A stretch of DNA of 64,000 bases from Anaerolineales bacterium (GCA_034430425.1 DAOUEK010000017.1:16827-80826); one strand, 5' to 3'; counted from the first letter of the stretch, positions 54,232 through 63,903 are shown. Notes: generated by a model not told the origin, from the sequence alone. Program-made: numbers and translations.

Positions 54232-55104
54232 TCACCCCCGCTGATTTACCCATTGTACAACTTCTTCGATCACGCTGGTTTTTTCAGGTTCATTGTGCAC
54301 TTCATGGTAAAGGCCAGGCAGGATACGAATGGCCTTATCGTCGCTGGCGGCTCTTTCGAAGAATTCTTCACAGGCTTTCACGTCAACAAGCGCATCTTCC
54401 TGCCCGCAGACCAAGAGCAGTGGCAGGTTAAACTCGGCTGCCCGTGCGAGCGATTCCTCGCCAGCCCGGGTAGCTTCGACGAAGAGACGTGCGGATGCCC
54501 AATCATGAACGAGGGGGTCATCGATGTACGCCTGTACAACGGACCTGTCACGGGAGATCGCTTCGGAATCCAGATTGCTGTGTTGTGAGAAAGATGGCCA
54601 CAGATTTGACATTGCTTTTCCAAGAAAGATCTTGATTGCCGGCACTTCGAAGCTGCGCCGCAGGGATGGTCCGCTGGCGATGACGCCCGCCAGTGAAACG
54701 ACAGACTGTAGGCAAAAGTAGAGAACGATCGCTCCGCCGAGGCTGTGTCCGTAGAGAAAACGAGGCCGATCTGCGTTTGCCCGATCGAGGAGCAGCTGCA
54801 TATCGTTGAGCCACTGATCCAGGCTGGGTGTGTGGCCGCGTTTCCCCCCCGATTTACCGTGACCGCGCAGATCGATGGCATGAAATGCAATCCCCCGTGC
54901 TACAAAAGCTTGGGCGACGTGCGCGTAACGGCTTGCATACTCTCCCAAACCATGCACCATACAAACTGTCGCTTTAATACCGCCATCTGGCTCCCAGGCT
55001 TGCCAGTAGAGCTGCACACCGTCACTGGCCGATATCATTTTCGCTTTTGTGTTCATCTTGTTCCTCTTTTTCATTTGGCTTGCATGTGTTCGCCTCATGA
55101 TCAC
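54232..55104 (-). CDS. alpha/beta hydrolase (lysophospholipase/monoacylglycerol-lipase-like)
   Basis: HGLGEY..., nucleophile elbow GHSLGG, and C-terminal HEVHNE. GTGA overlap with the upstream GNAT gene; an alternative ATG lies at 55098. Confidence 0.8.
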   Translation of the reverse strand: MIMRRTHASQMKKRNKMNTKAKMISASDGVQLYWQAWEPDGGIKATVCMVHGLGEYASRYAHVAQAFVARGIAFHAIDLRGHGKSGGKRGHTPSLDQWLNDMQLLLDRANADRPRFLYGHSLGGAIVLYFCLQSVVSLAGVIASGPSLRRSFEVPAIKIFLGKAMSNLWPSFSQHSNLDSEAISRDRSVVQAYIDDPLVHDWASARLFVEATRAGEESLARAAEFNLPLLLVCGQEDALVDVKACEEFFERAASDDKAIRILPGLYHEVHNEPEKTSVIEEVVQWVNQRG

Positions 55105-55958
55105 GAATTGAGGGCCAACTCATAAACCGGATGCTTGTGTCCCTTGCGCTTAAAACCGAGTTGTTGGTAGAGCTGCAGACTGCGGGTATTGTCGAGTTGC
55201 GTGTTGACGGACATCTTCCAATTGGTCGTGCGCATCAAGCGCCGGATGGCGTCGATTACCAGCGTTCTGCCGAAACCATGCCGTTGCCATTCTGGATCTA
55301 CTGACAGGCGGGCAAGATGGGCACCGTAGTGGGATTCCGTACTGATTTGGTAGGCGACGATGCGATTATCGATTTCGATCACACGCGCCACAGCAGCGCT
55401 ACGGAATGCGTGCTGCAGTGTCTTTTCCGAATAACGCCAAATGGCCTTAAATGCGCGTTGATCCAATGCAGTCACACTTCCCAGATCTTCGTACTGCATG
55501 GTTCGAATGTTTCCTTGTTCGGGTGTTGCGGGTGGCAAAGGTTGGCGCTTCCATTCGAGAAAGACGACATCATTGCTGTGGCGGAAACCGGAATTCTCGA
55601 GAAGCGGGGCGAACCAATCCGCTGAGAGTATTGCGGCTGCATGATTTACTCCCATGGTTTGGGCCTGGGATGCAGCCTCATGCCAGAGGGGTTCCCACAG
55701 ATTGGAAGGGGCATACGAGAAACCGACGGTGAAAAGCCGTACCCAGGAGACTCCTGGTGGATCGGGCGGGCAGGCCAAACAACCCACGATCCGGTTTTCA
55801 TGCAATGCCATTACATACGGTGCATCATCGAGGAGGCTGAGCGCGTCCACCCAATCGAAATGTTGATGCAGGTACTCTGCAGTTTGGATGAGATCGAGAA
55901 CTTGATCGCGATCGTTTGGCTTGGAAGAACGAATGACCCATGCAGCCTTACCGCTCAT
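55101..55958 (-). CDS. tandem-GNAT N-acetyltransferase
   Basis: 285 aa. The second half has the RLSVDPEWQRHGFGRTL acetyl-CoA-binding motif, and the first half is GNAT-like. Confidence 0.72.
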   Translation of the reverse strand: MSGKAAWVIRSSKPNDRDQVLDLIQTAEYLHQHFDWVDALSLLDDAPYVMALHENRIVGCLACPPDPPGVSWVRLFTVGFSYAPSNLWEPLWHEAASQAQTMGVNHAAAILSADWFAPLLENSGFRHSNDVVFLEWKRQPLPPATPEQGNIRTMQYEDLGSVTALDQRAFKAIWRYSEKTLQHAFRSAAVARVIEIDNRIVAYQISTESHYGAHLARLSVDPEWQRHGFGRTLVIDAIRRLMRTTNWKMSVNTQLDNTRSLQLYQQLGFKRKGHKHPVYELALNS

Positions 55959-55992
55959 AATCCATCGTTTCGGGATACTTGTTTACTCCGCG

Positions 55993-56538
55993 TCAGCGAC
56001 CGAGCAGACGGAATGGCCATTTCAACAATTGACGCAGAACACGATCGCGCATTCGAGGTTTGGGCATTGATTCAAGGCCTCCCTGCATGGTGGAAAGTGC
56101 GTCGAGCGGTTTTCCTTGGCGGAGCTGCAGGCGGGATAGTGCTTGAAGTGTGGACGAATAATTATCCGAATCCCCTAGTTTTTCGAAAAGCCCGACAGCC
56201 TGACGATAGGCATCCTCGGCGGTGGCTATTTGACCGCAAGCTTCGAGCGCTGAGGCGAGGTTGCCGTATGCCTGGGCGGCGTGGATTTCATCGCCTTGCG
56301 AGCTGAAGAATTGAGGAGTATCACGCACAGCCTCTAGAGCCGCTTGCGGCTGTTCTGCAGCAAGCATAACGACGCACAGGTTGTTTGCAATTTCAGCCGC
56401 TTTGCTCGGGTTCTCTTCGTTGAGATATTGCTGCCTAAGCGCCCTAAAGCGTTCGATGCTTTCCTCGAAGCGACCTGACCGATAAGATTCCAGGGCGATT
56501 TTTTCGATTTCGTCTTTTGACGCGTTGTGATCTGTCAT
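55993..56538 (-). CDS. tetratricopeptide-repeat protein
   Basis: Repeated A-x-x-Y/N-L-A/G helical pairs (AAEIANNLCVVMLAAEQ, AAQAYGNLASALEACGQ, AEDAYRQAVGLFEKLGD). Confidence 0.7.
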   Translation of the reverse strand: MTDHNASKDEIEKIALESYRSGRFEESIERFRALRQQYLNEENPSKAAEIANNLCVVMLAAEQPQAALEAVRDTPQFFSSQGDEIHAAQAYGNLASALEACGQIATAEDAYRQAVGLFEKLGDSDNYSSTLQALSRLQLRQGKPLDALSTMQGGLESMPKPRMRDRVLRQLLKWPFRLLGR

Positions 56539-57227
56539 AAGGTTATATCGAGCAGTGTCTCGGCGAGTATGCGCAATTTCTCGACGGGGATCTCGCTTAA
56601 TTGTTTGGCGATTTGCACGTATGTTTCATTCCCCGGTTTGCAAAGGAACTCTCGAATCTCGGGCGAAAAATCCATGAAATTTTTAAAGGCCTTATTCGTC
56701 GTAAGCCATTCTCCAACAGGGCCTTCGTCATCGAGATAATCATAAATCGATTCTCCCAATGCCTCGACAATCACTTCAAGTTCGGTCAATGGTATCGGTT
56801 GTTCTCCACGTTCATAAGAGCCCATGCGTCTGGATGAGATCCCGACAACTTCAGCCAGGGCCTTTATCGTCATGCCGGAATCGCCTCTTCGTTTTCGAAT
56901 TAACGCACCGATGATTCTATGACGAAGGGAGATAAACACCTCGGGGTCGAAATCGTCTTCCTCATCCGGTTCTGGAAGCGTGGAAGATATTAAATACTCC
57001 AGGGATGTATCGAGACGGAAAGCTAGCAACTCGATTTCAGGCAGTGAGATAATCCGACGGCCGTGTTCGTAGGAAGAAATTGTGCCTTTCGTCGTTCCGA
57101 TAATATCTGCGACTTCACTGATGCTCAGATTTGCGTTCAAGCGAGCTTCACGCAAGATCGCCCCTAACATTTTGGCTCGCAAGATGAGCGCAGGTGAATC
57201 GGTCATTGCCAATCTCCAAGGCGTCAA
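56535..57227 (-). CDS. XRE-family transcriptional regulator with two HTH domains
   Basis: Two HTH_XRE-type repeats: LGAILREARLNANLSISEVADIIGTTKGTISSYEHGRR and IGALIRKRRGDSGMTIKALAEVVGISSRRMGSYERGEQ. An unknown C-terminal domain follows. Confidence 0.78.
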   Translation of the reverse strand: MTPWRLAMTDSPALILRAKMLGAILREARLNANLSISEVADIIGTTKGTISSYEHGRRIISLPEIELLAFRLDTSLEYLISSTLPEPDEEDDFDPEVFISLRHRIIGALIRKRRGDSGMTIKALAEVVGISSRRMGSYERGEQPIPLTELEVIVEALGESIYDYLDDEGPVGEWLTTNKAFKNFMDFSPEIREFLCKPGNETYVQIAKQLSEIPVEKLRILAETLLDITL

Positions 57228-57345
57228 ACGTCGCGATTATAGCAGATGTCAATCAAATAAGCGCATCCCTACTACAAGGAACTCGCTTATGGCGAAGTTG
57301 CAACTCTGCAGCCGGGAAAACATCTGGCCTTCGTTAAGCGTGTTT

Positions 57346-58056
57346 CTATTCCTCTTCCGGTGGCATTAAGTAGCCAATGCCCTGCCGGGTGACAATATGA
57401 ATCGGGTTCTTTGGATCGGGTTCGATCTTTTGTCTCAACCGGCTGAGACAAACCCAGAGAATTTCTTTATCGTCTTGATATTCCGGTCCCCATACCATGG
57501 AAAGTAAGTCATCGGAACTGATCACTTTCCCAATCGCACTTGCGAACGTTTGCAGCAGGCGATACTCAGTTGCCGTGAGCGATACTCTTGCACCGGATAC
57601 GGTGACCAAGGCACGCGGCAAATCGATGGTTAGCTCATGATGCGTGAATATCGGTTGGTGGAATTTATCGTCCATCGTGCGTTCGGCGCGCCGCAGGACG
57701 GCGCGTACCCGGGCCAGCATCTCTTGCGCTGAAAAAGGCTTGACAATGTAATCATCCGCGCCGGCATCCAATCCGCGCACGCGATCTCGTTCCTCGCCCT
57801 TGGCGGTCAGGATGATAATCGGTACGGAAGAGAACTCTCGGATTCTCTCGCATGCTGTGAAGCCGTCCATAACGGGCATCATCACATCAAGCATGATCAA
57901 ATCCGGCTGCTCCTTCGAGACTTCTTCCAGCGCCTCTTGACCATTGCTCGCCGATCGTATTTCGTACCCTTCGGTTTGTAAATTGACTTCGACGAGTTGT
58001 ACGTAGCGAGGTTCATCATCCACAACCAATATGGTCTGTTTCTTTTCTTCACTCAT
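57346..58056 (-). CDS. OmpR-family response regulator
   Basis: ATG 58056 (MSEEKKQTILVVDDEP). Receiver plus winged helix (LTATEYRLLQTFA...GIGYLM). Overlaps the upstream kinase stop by 8 nt. Confidence 0.9.
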   Translation of the reverse strand: MSEEKKQTILVVDDEPRYVQLVEVNLQTEGYEIRSASNGQEALEEVSKEQPDLIMLDVMMPVMDGFTACERIREFSSVPIIILTAKGEERDRVRGLDAGADDYIVKPFSAQEMLARVRAVLRRAERTMDDKFHQPIFTHHELTIDLPRALVTVSGARVSLTATEYRLLQTFASAIGKVISSDDLLSMVWGPEYQDDKEILWVCLSRLRQKIEPDPKNPIHIVTRQGIGYLMPPEEE

Positions 58057-59302
58057 CTTCGTTCTCTCCGCGGTCGGTAACGATATTGTGTATGGGCAGC
58101 GTGAAATGAAAGTTTGATCCTTGACCGGGTTTGCTATCCACACCGATCTCGCCGCCGTGCGCTTCAATTATCTTCCGACATATATATAATCCCAAACCGG
58201 TTCCTCGAACGGAACTGCTTGTTTCGGGGATGCGATAAAAACGCTCAAATAGATGGGCGATGTGTTCCGTTGAGATGCCCGGACCCTGATCGATCACATT
58301 TACCCTCAAACGATTTCCTTCTTGTCGGACCTGAACGGTGACAGGAGAATCAGAGGCATATTTGTTGGCATTGGTAATTAAATTTTCGAGGACCTGGGCG
58401 ATACGTGTTCCATCCATCTCTATATCGGGAATGTCGCTCTCACGCTCGATTTTCAACTGCATCTCAGGGTGGATGGATTGAGTACGCTGGACGACATCGT
58501 TCAAAATGGGCGTTAAACGAGTCAAATTGAAGGTCATTGCAAGCCTTCCGGTCTCCAGGCGTGATGAATCCAGAAGGTTGTCAATGAGTTCGCGTAAGCG
58601 GTCTGACTCATCGTCGATGATCGATAGGAACTGCTTGCGTGTTTCGTCGTCCCAATCCGTATCCTCTCGCAGCAAGGTGGTTACATACCCCTTGATGAAT
58701 CCGAGCGGCGTTCGCAGCTCGTGGGATACGGTCGAAACGAATTCGTCCTGCATACGTGCCAGTTGGCGTTGGGCTTCCAGGCTGGCAATGCGACTCGCCA
58801 TGCGGCGATTTTCAAGAAGTTGCCCCACGTGCCAGGCGACGAACTCTCCCAGGCGAATGTGTTCTGATGGATACGATGGTCCTCCAAATCGTCCAAATAT
58901 AAGACCACCCACACGGCGTCCGGAGACCACAAGGGGTAGTCCGAGATAATCACGGCGACGGTCACGGCTTGTCACTGACGGTCCAGCATCCTCCTGGCGT
59001 AGTACAGTTTGTCCCAAACGATACGCTTCAACTGCTGCTGGCGCGCCCCATGCCAGATCTTCTTCCTGTGACCGCCCTCTTCCGAGTGCCCGAGCGTATA
59101 TCGGCTCCAATTCGCCGGATTCCTGGTTTTGAAGGAGCAGGGCAACTGTGTCGAAAATGAAAATGGTGCGCGCAAGTCGAAATACTGAATCCAATCCCGC
59201 TTCGGTGTCGAAAGTTTCGGCAACCACGCGTGCAATGGCGTACACGGCATTTAATTCCGTGCCGATGGTTAACGGTTCGGGTGCGGGAAGTGGTCCGGTC
59301 AT
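58049..59302 (-). CDS. soluble GAF-domain histidine kinase
   Basis: No TM helix. GAF-like N-terminal half, H-box STVSHELRTPL and an HATPase_c domain (NLITNANKY, DQGPGIS, GTGLGL). Confidence 0.85.
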   Translation of the reverse strand: MTGPLPAPEPLTIGTELNAVYAIARVVAETFDTEAGLDSVFRLARTIFIFDTVALLLQNQESGELEPIYARALGRGRSQEEDLAWGAPAAVEAYRLGQTVLRQEDAGPSVTSRDRRRDYLGLPLVVSGRRVGGLIFGRFGGPSYPSEHIRLGEFVAWHVGQLLENRRMASRIASLEAQRQLARMQDEFVSTVSHELRTPLGFIKGYVTTLLREDTDWDDETRKQFLSIIDDESDRLRELIDNLLDSSRLETGRLAMTFNLTRLTPILNDVVQRTQSIHPEMQLKIERESDIPDIEMDGTRIAQVLENLITNANKYASDSPVTVQVRQEGNRLRVNVIDQGPGISTEHIAHLFERFYRIPETSSSVRGTGLGLYICRKIIEAHGGEIGVDSKPGQGSNFHFTLPIHNIVTDRGENEDE

Positions 59303-60540
59303 TTCACTTGCACTGCGGGCGCGAGTGAGAAACTAAAGTTGCTGCCTTCCCCTTCTTTGCTTTCCACCTTTAATTCACTGCCATGCGCGTTGATGATCAA
59401 TCTTGCTAAAGCAAGACCGAGGCCTGCACCGCCATATCGGCGCGTTGGAGAACCATCCAATTGATGGAACGGCTCGAAGATCTCCTCGATCCGGTCATCA
59501 GGGATGCCGATACCGGTGTCGATGACTGAGATTTCGATGAGCTGGTTTTCTTGCTTCGCAGAGAGACGCACAGTTCCCCCGGAGGGAGTGAATTTAATGG
59601 CATTGTCAATCAATTGGAATAACACCCAGAACAATCGATCCAGATCGCCAAATACGGCAGGTAGATCCTTTTCCACAGCGTCCTCGAGAGTCACGCCTAC
59701 TTTGCCGGCTTTTTCCTCGGAACGATGGAGTACGTCTGTTGCGAGCTCTTTTAAATCAAGTTGAGCCAAGGTCATGCTGATGCCTTCGCGGGAGGCCGTG
59801 GAAAATTCAATCAGGTCTTCGATCATTGTGCTCAGGCGTTCGGATGAGCGCCAGATCACGTCCAGTGCCTTTCGCTGCTCTTTGCTGATCTCGCCGATCT
59901 GGTCCTGGATGAGCAGTTCGAGATATCCTTTGATGTGCGAAAGCGGCGTTCGAAGCTCATGGGAGATGTTGGAAATCAGATTTGCCTTTATTTGATTGAC
60001 CTCGGATAGCCGCTCCAGGGCTCGACGCAGTTCAACTGTCCGCTCATGGACTCTTTGTTCTAGCGTGCGATTGGATTCCTGCAGAGCAGCGTGCAACTGA
60101 ATGATCTGTTCCGTGATGGCTTTATCCAGTGCTTTCCGATCCACGAATCCGAGTTGGATGAGGGTTTGGCCGAGGAGATGGTGTTCGCCTTTGGCAGCGT
60201 TGTCTTTCTGGTTTTTAAGTGCCGCTTCCAGGTCTTCCGCCGAGATCAGTCTCTGATTAACCAGGAATTCCCCAATGCGGGGGACAAGAGATGGTGGTGT
60301 GGAGTGGATCGGGGCTGAATCCGGGAGTCCTTCCAGATAGGCTTTCTCCGCAAGGAGCGCGTAGAGCGCGATATCAACGCCACATTCCAAACAAATTTTG
60401 GAGTCTGTTGGAATCGGGTAATTACAATGAGGGCAGAGAACGATTGTCTGGCTCTGTTCCGGATTGGATCCTGTCACTGTTTCGCCTCGTGAGCGTGGTT
60501 CCATCTTTCGTATCATAGACTTTCTTACAACTCTGGGCAA
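59299..60540 (-). CDS. soluble histidine kinase with N-terminal zinc ribbon and T2SSE_N/MshEN-like domain
   Basis: CPHCNYPIPTDSKICLECG, then RIGEFLVNQRLISAEDLEAALKNQ-(10 aa)-LLGQTLIQLGFVDRKALDKAITEQ. A coiled coil follows, then H-box SNISHELRTPL and HATPase_c. ATGA overlap with the next kinase. Confidence 0.82.
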   Translation of the reverse strand: MPRVVRKSMIRKMEPRSRGETVTGSNPEQSQTIVLCPHCNYPIPTDSKICLECGVDIALYALLAEKAYLEGLPDSAPIHSTPPSLVPRIGEFLVNQRLISAEDLEAALKNQKDNAAKGEHHLLGQTLIQLGFVDRKALDKAITEQIIQLHAALQESNRTLEQRVHERTVELRRALERLSEVNQIKANLISNISHELRTPLSHIKGYLELLIQDQIGEISKEQRKALDVIWRSSERLSTMIEDLIEFSTASREGISMTLAQLDLKELATDVLHRSEEKAGKVGVTLEDAVEKDLPAVFGDLDRLFWVLFQLIDNAIKFTPSGGTVRLSAKQENQLIEISVIDTGIGIPDDRIEEIFEPFHQLDGSPTRRYGGAGLGLALARLIINAHGSELKVESKEGEGSNFSFSLAPAVQVK

Positions 60541-60624
60541 GCGGAGGATTTTTATGCAAGGCGGTTGTAAGGTAAGAATGGCTAAAAATGGCGCATAATA
60601 AGTTGGGTTGAGTGAGGGAGTAAA

Positions 60625-61014
60625 ATGGCTGTAGAAGTTTTATTAATCGATGACGATCCCGATTTGTCCATTATGTTGCGGACGTTACTGCGGGGAAAAG
60701 ATTTTCAGGTCAAAGCTGTTTTCTCGGGTGAGGAGGGTATCCAATCCTGCCGAGAAGAAGAGCCAGATGTCGTTATCTTAGACCTGCTCATGCCGGAAAT
60801 GGACGGCTGGGAGGTCTGCGAAAAAATCCGTGAATTCTCTGATGTGCCCATATTAATTCTCTCTGCACTTGGGTCTCCAGCGAGTGTGGCTCGCGCATTG
60901 GATGCAGGAGCGGATGATTACTTGATCAAACCCATCCATGCGAGTCTTTTGGCCTCGCGGCTGCGCACACTCGTTCGGCGGACCTTGGTGTTGCAGGGGC
61001 AGAAGGTCGCCTAA
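60625..61014 (+). CDS. single-domain response regulator (receiver only)
   Basis: VLLIDDDPD, DVVILDLLMPEMDG, ...LSAL..., KP. 129 aa. Confidence 0.85.
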   Translation: MAVEVLLIDDDPDLSIMLRTLLRGKDFQVKAVFSGEEGIQSCREEEPDVVILDLLMPEMDGWEVCEKIREFSDVPILILSALGSPASVARALDAGADDYLIKPIHASLLASRLRTLVRRTLVLQGQKVA

Positions 61015-61060
61015 TCTATCTCCTTTGGAATCGCTGGCTGGCAACCGCGTTTCTCTCTCA

Positions 61061-61095
61061 GAATCACGCAGCGAATGCTGCGTGATTCGATTTTA
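61061..61095 (+). terminator. rho-independent terminator (possibly shared by the convergent genes)
   Basis: GAATCACGCAGC-GAAT-GCTGCGTGATTC (12-bp perfect stem) followed by GATTTTA. Confidence 0.7.
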
Positions 61096-61112
61096 AAGAT
61101 GATTGTAGTGTG

Positions 61113-61901
61113 CTAAAGAGCGGCTTTAACGGCGCCACCATCGAACATGAGCGCGTGCCCGTTGATGAAAGATGCAGCAGGGGATGCCAACCAGGCGATC
61201 GTACGGCCGAATTCCGCTTCCGTACCCATTCGTCCCAGGGGGATGGCTTTCGTGACGCGTGCGGCTTCCTGCTCAATGGTTGTGCCGTCTCTCCGGGCGC
61301 GATCGGTCATCAAGCTTTCGACGCGCGATGTCAAGGTCCATGCCGGGTTGATGCTGTTTACCCGAATGCCGTCTGGTCCCAATTCGTTGGCCAGTGATTT
61401 CATCAGCCCGATGACTGCCATGCGAAGCGAGTTGGATAAAACCAGGCGGTCGACGGGTTGCTTGACGGAATAGGATTGCGTGGCGACAATGCTGCCGGAC
61501 CCTCGCTCCAGCATGTGGGGTACGACGTCATAGCAAAGGTGAACCGCACTCATGATGGTCAGCCGGAAGGCTGCCTCCCAATCTGCAGGCTGAAGATCGA
61601 GGAAATTTCCCGGTGGTGGACCTCCGGCGTTGATTACAAGGATGTCGATCTGGTTGAAGCGTGCCAATGTCGACTCGACCAACGAATCGATTTGATCAGG
61701 CTTTGTGAGATCGGTTTGGACGGGGAGAACTTCAGCCCCTGTTTCCTCCCTGATCTCCCGGGCAGTGATGTCTAATTTATCGCTTCGAGCACAAATGGCG
61801 ATTTTGGCCCCTTCCTGTGCGAGAGCTGTAGCAGCGGCTTTTCCCAGGCCTCTTGAAGCTGCGGTTACCAGGGCGACTTGCCCGCGTAGTCCAAGGTCCA
61901 T
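61113..61901 (-). CDS. SDR-family oxidoreductase (FabG-like)
   Basis: VTAASRGLGKA cofactor motif, NAGG, and the YSVKQ (YxxxK) catalytic motif. Confidence 0.85.
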   Translation of the reverse strand: MDLGLRGQVALVTAASRGLGKAAATALAQEGAKIAICARSDKLDITAREIREETGAEVLPVQTDLTKPDQIDSLVESTLARFNQIDILVINAGGPPPGNFLDLQPADWEAAFRLTIMSAVHLCYDVVPHMLERGSGSIVATQSYSVKQPVDRLVLSNSLRMAVIGLMKSLANELGPDGIRVNSINPAWTLTSRVESLMTDRARRDGTTIEQEAARVTKAIPLGRMGTEAEFGRTIAWLASPAASFINGHALMFDGGAVKAAL

Positions 61902-61922
61902 TGTGCCTCCTGTTGGATTGGA

Positions 61923-62207
61923 TCACAATACGGTAAGAACTTCGTCAACGACTTGAAGATCGGGCCGATATCTTGTAATCCAACCTGGAATTTTGGCGAG
62001 TACACGTTGTGCATGTCGGGAGTCATTGCTCACAACGACACAGGCAATGACAGTAGAAGTGTGCCGGTCATTGTGATCGATCTCAGCCGTGGATGTGTTA
62101 AATTCGCGGTTCAACCGGGTGAGCAGGGGTTTGATTCGTCTGCGTTTGTCTTTCAGTGAGGTGCACCCCGGAAGGTTCAGCTCAATCGTCAATGCGAAAA
62201 TATGCAT
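61923..62207 (-). CDS. DUF503 (YlxP-like) protein
   Basis: ATG 62207. MHIFALTIELNLPGCTSLKDKRRRIKPLLTRLNREFN matches the DUF503 hallmark (SLKDKR). Confidence 0.75.
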   Translation of the reverse strand: MHIFALTIELNLPGCTSLKDKRRRIKPLLTRLNREFNTSTAEIDHNDRHTSTVIACVVVSNDSRHAQRVLAKIPGWITRYRPDLQVVDEVLTVL

Positions 62208-62271
62208 AATCTCAGTGTATCTTGGAAGTGATAGCGAGACAAGAAGCAATCAGTTAGGTTATAATTAATTC

Positions 62272-62988
62272 ATGGAGAAGAAAAGGGTCATCTGGATTGT
62301 TATCGTCGTGATCGTTCTGATCATTGGTGCAGTGGGCTTTGCGTTAGTCTCTGGTTTTCGAGCGATTACCGCACCGGTGAGTGAACTTCGTGAGGATCTG
62401 GGCACGCAAGTTGCCCGCATTCTGAATCCCACGCCAACGATCATCCCCGATCCCGTTACGATCGTGCGCGAAGTACGTTCGTTGGCGCGCCTGGAGACAA
62501 TCCATTACTCGGTTGAGAAGATCATTGTGGCGGAAACCAGACAGGGACCTTTTGGTTTCCTTTTTGGGGATCGGCTTCTCCTGGTAGCTCATGGGACGGT
62601 TATCGCAGGCGTCGATCTGGAAAAGATCGATCTGAACAGTGTCTGGATTGACGATTTGGGCAGCGTTCATATTATCTTGCCCGAATCTGAAGTTTTCGTC
62701 GCTACACTCGATAACGAGAAATCATACATCTACGACCGCGAGAAGGGATTTTTTACACGGGGGGATGTGAATCTCGAGACGGCGGCTCGTCAGGCTGCAG
62801 AAGACGAAATCCTTCGTGCCGCATTGGAAGAGAACATTCTCGAGCAAGCCTCGATCAACGCTGAAAATTATCTGTATTCGTTTTTACATGCCCTGGGGTT
62901 TTCGGATGTGATCTTCTCAGACGAAGCGGAACGTCCCATAATTATCCCAAGCGCAACGCCTACGGTAGAATCGCCAGCTGCGCCCTGA
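62272..62988 (+). CDS. DUF4230-domain membrane-anchored protein
   Basis: N-terminal TM helix. VREVRSLARLETIHYSVEKII...LLVAHGTVIAGVDLEKI pattern typical of DUF4230. Confidence 0.68.
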   Translation: MEKKRVIWIVIVVIVLIIGAVGFALVSGFRAITAPVSELREDLGTQVARILNPTPTIIPDPVTIVREVRSLARLETIHYSVEKIIVAETRQGPFGFLFGDRLLLVAHGTVIAGVDLEKIDLNSVWIDDLGSVHIILPESEVFVATLDNEKSYIYDREKGFFTRGDVNLETAARQAAEDEILRAALEENILEQASINAENYLYSFLHALGFSDVIFSDEAERPIIIPSATPTVESPAAP

Positions 62989-63054
62989 TATTTACTTCAT
63001 TGCGAAATGTCACAAGTGAGATCCGGTAGGGTCGACAAATCGAACGATCTGACA

Positions 63055-63903
63055 TCAGATTCGGCGTATCCATTCCTGCGAGGCGTAGCGCCTTTCGATC
63101 AACGATCGGCTAATGCCCTCTTCGTACGACGATAGCCCTCCAGCATTGAATGTCCATCCCAATTCGCGTTCGATACTCTGCGTGAGTGCTTGCGCAGCAG
63201 ATTCCCATTCTACTTTCGAGTGCAGCACATCCTCGATCGTCGCGGATTGCTTTCGTACGCAACGAACAGCTGCCTGGCGTGCTGCTTCGCTTGGATATGC
63301 AAGGACCTGGCAAATTCGCGAAATATCTCCACAGAGGGGTAGGCTGCCGTGCTGCAGCACAGACCCTCGTCGGCGAAGCTGCGCACTCCCCACGATTTTT
63401 TTGCCCTGTACAGTGATTTCGTAGGCACTTGGGGATTGAAAACAAATCGGTTCTTGACGCTGCTCTTCGGAAAGCGCTTTATCGCCAGAAACGGTCACGT
63501 CCAATCCCAGGATTTCAAGGGCATGGACGAGAGCCCTGCTTATCTTCTTGTAACTGGCCAAAACGCCTCCAGAGAAATCGGGGTGATCGTCCGGGGCGAT
63601 GAGCGCGTAGGTCAATTCGTCGGTGTGGAGAATCGCCCGACCGCCGGTAGGGCGGCGAACGATATCCCACCCGCGATCGTAAAGCTGAGAATAATCGACA
63701 TCCTGGCAAGGCTGGGCATAGCCGAGGGATAAACACGGAGGTTGCCAGGCGTACAGCCTTAAAGTACAAGGGGATTTCTGTTCGCATACGGCCTGGAGAA
63801 TGGCATCATCGACCGCCATGTTCTCGGGGCCAGAGGCAGGTGGGGAACGTAGAAGTCGCCAATTTGTTGCGGCCGTTTGATGCACAGTTAGGATTATACC
63901 CAC
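63055..63903 (-). CDS. lipoate-protein ligase / octanoyltransferase family protein (LplA/LipM-like BPL_LplA_LipB domain)
   Basis: ENMAVDDAIL, LRLYAWQPPCLSLGYAQ, VRRPTGGRAILHTDELTY and GKKIVGSAQ (lysine motif). Confidence 0.8.
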   Translation of the reverse strand: MGIILTVHQTAATNWRLLRSPPASGPENMAVDDAILQAVCEQKSPCTLRLYAWQPPCLSLGYAQPCQDVDYSQLYDRGWDIVRRPTGGRAILHTDELTYALIAPDDHPDFSGGVLASYKKISRALVHALEILGLDVTVSGDKALSEEQRQEPICFQSPSAYEITVQGKKIVGSAQLRRRGSVLQHGSLPLCGDISRICQVLAYPSEAARQAAVRCVRKQSATIEDVLHSKVEWESAAQALTQSIERELGWTFNAGGLSSYEEGISRSLIERRYASQEWIRRI

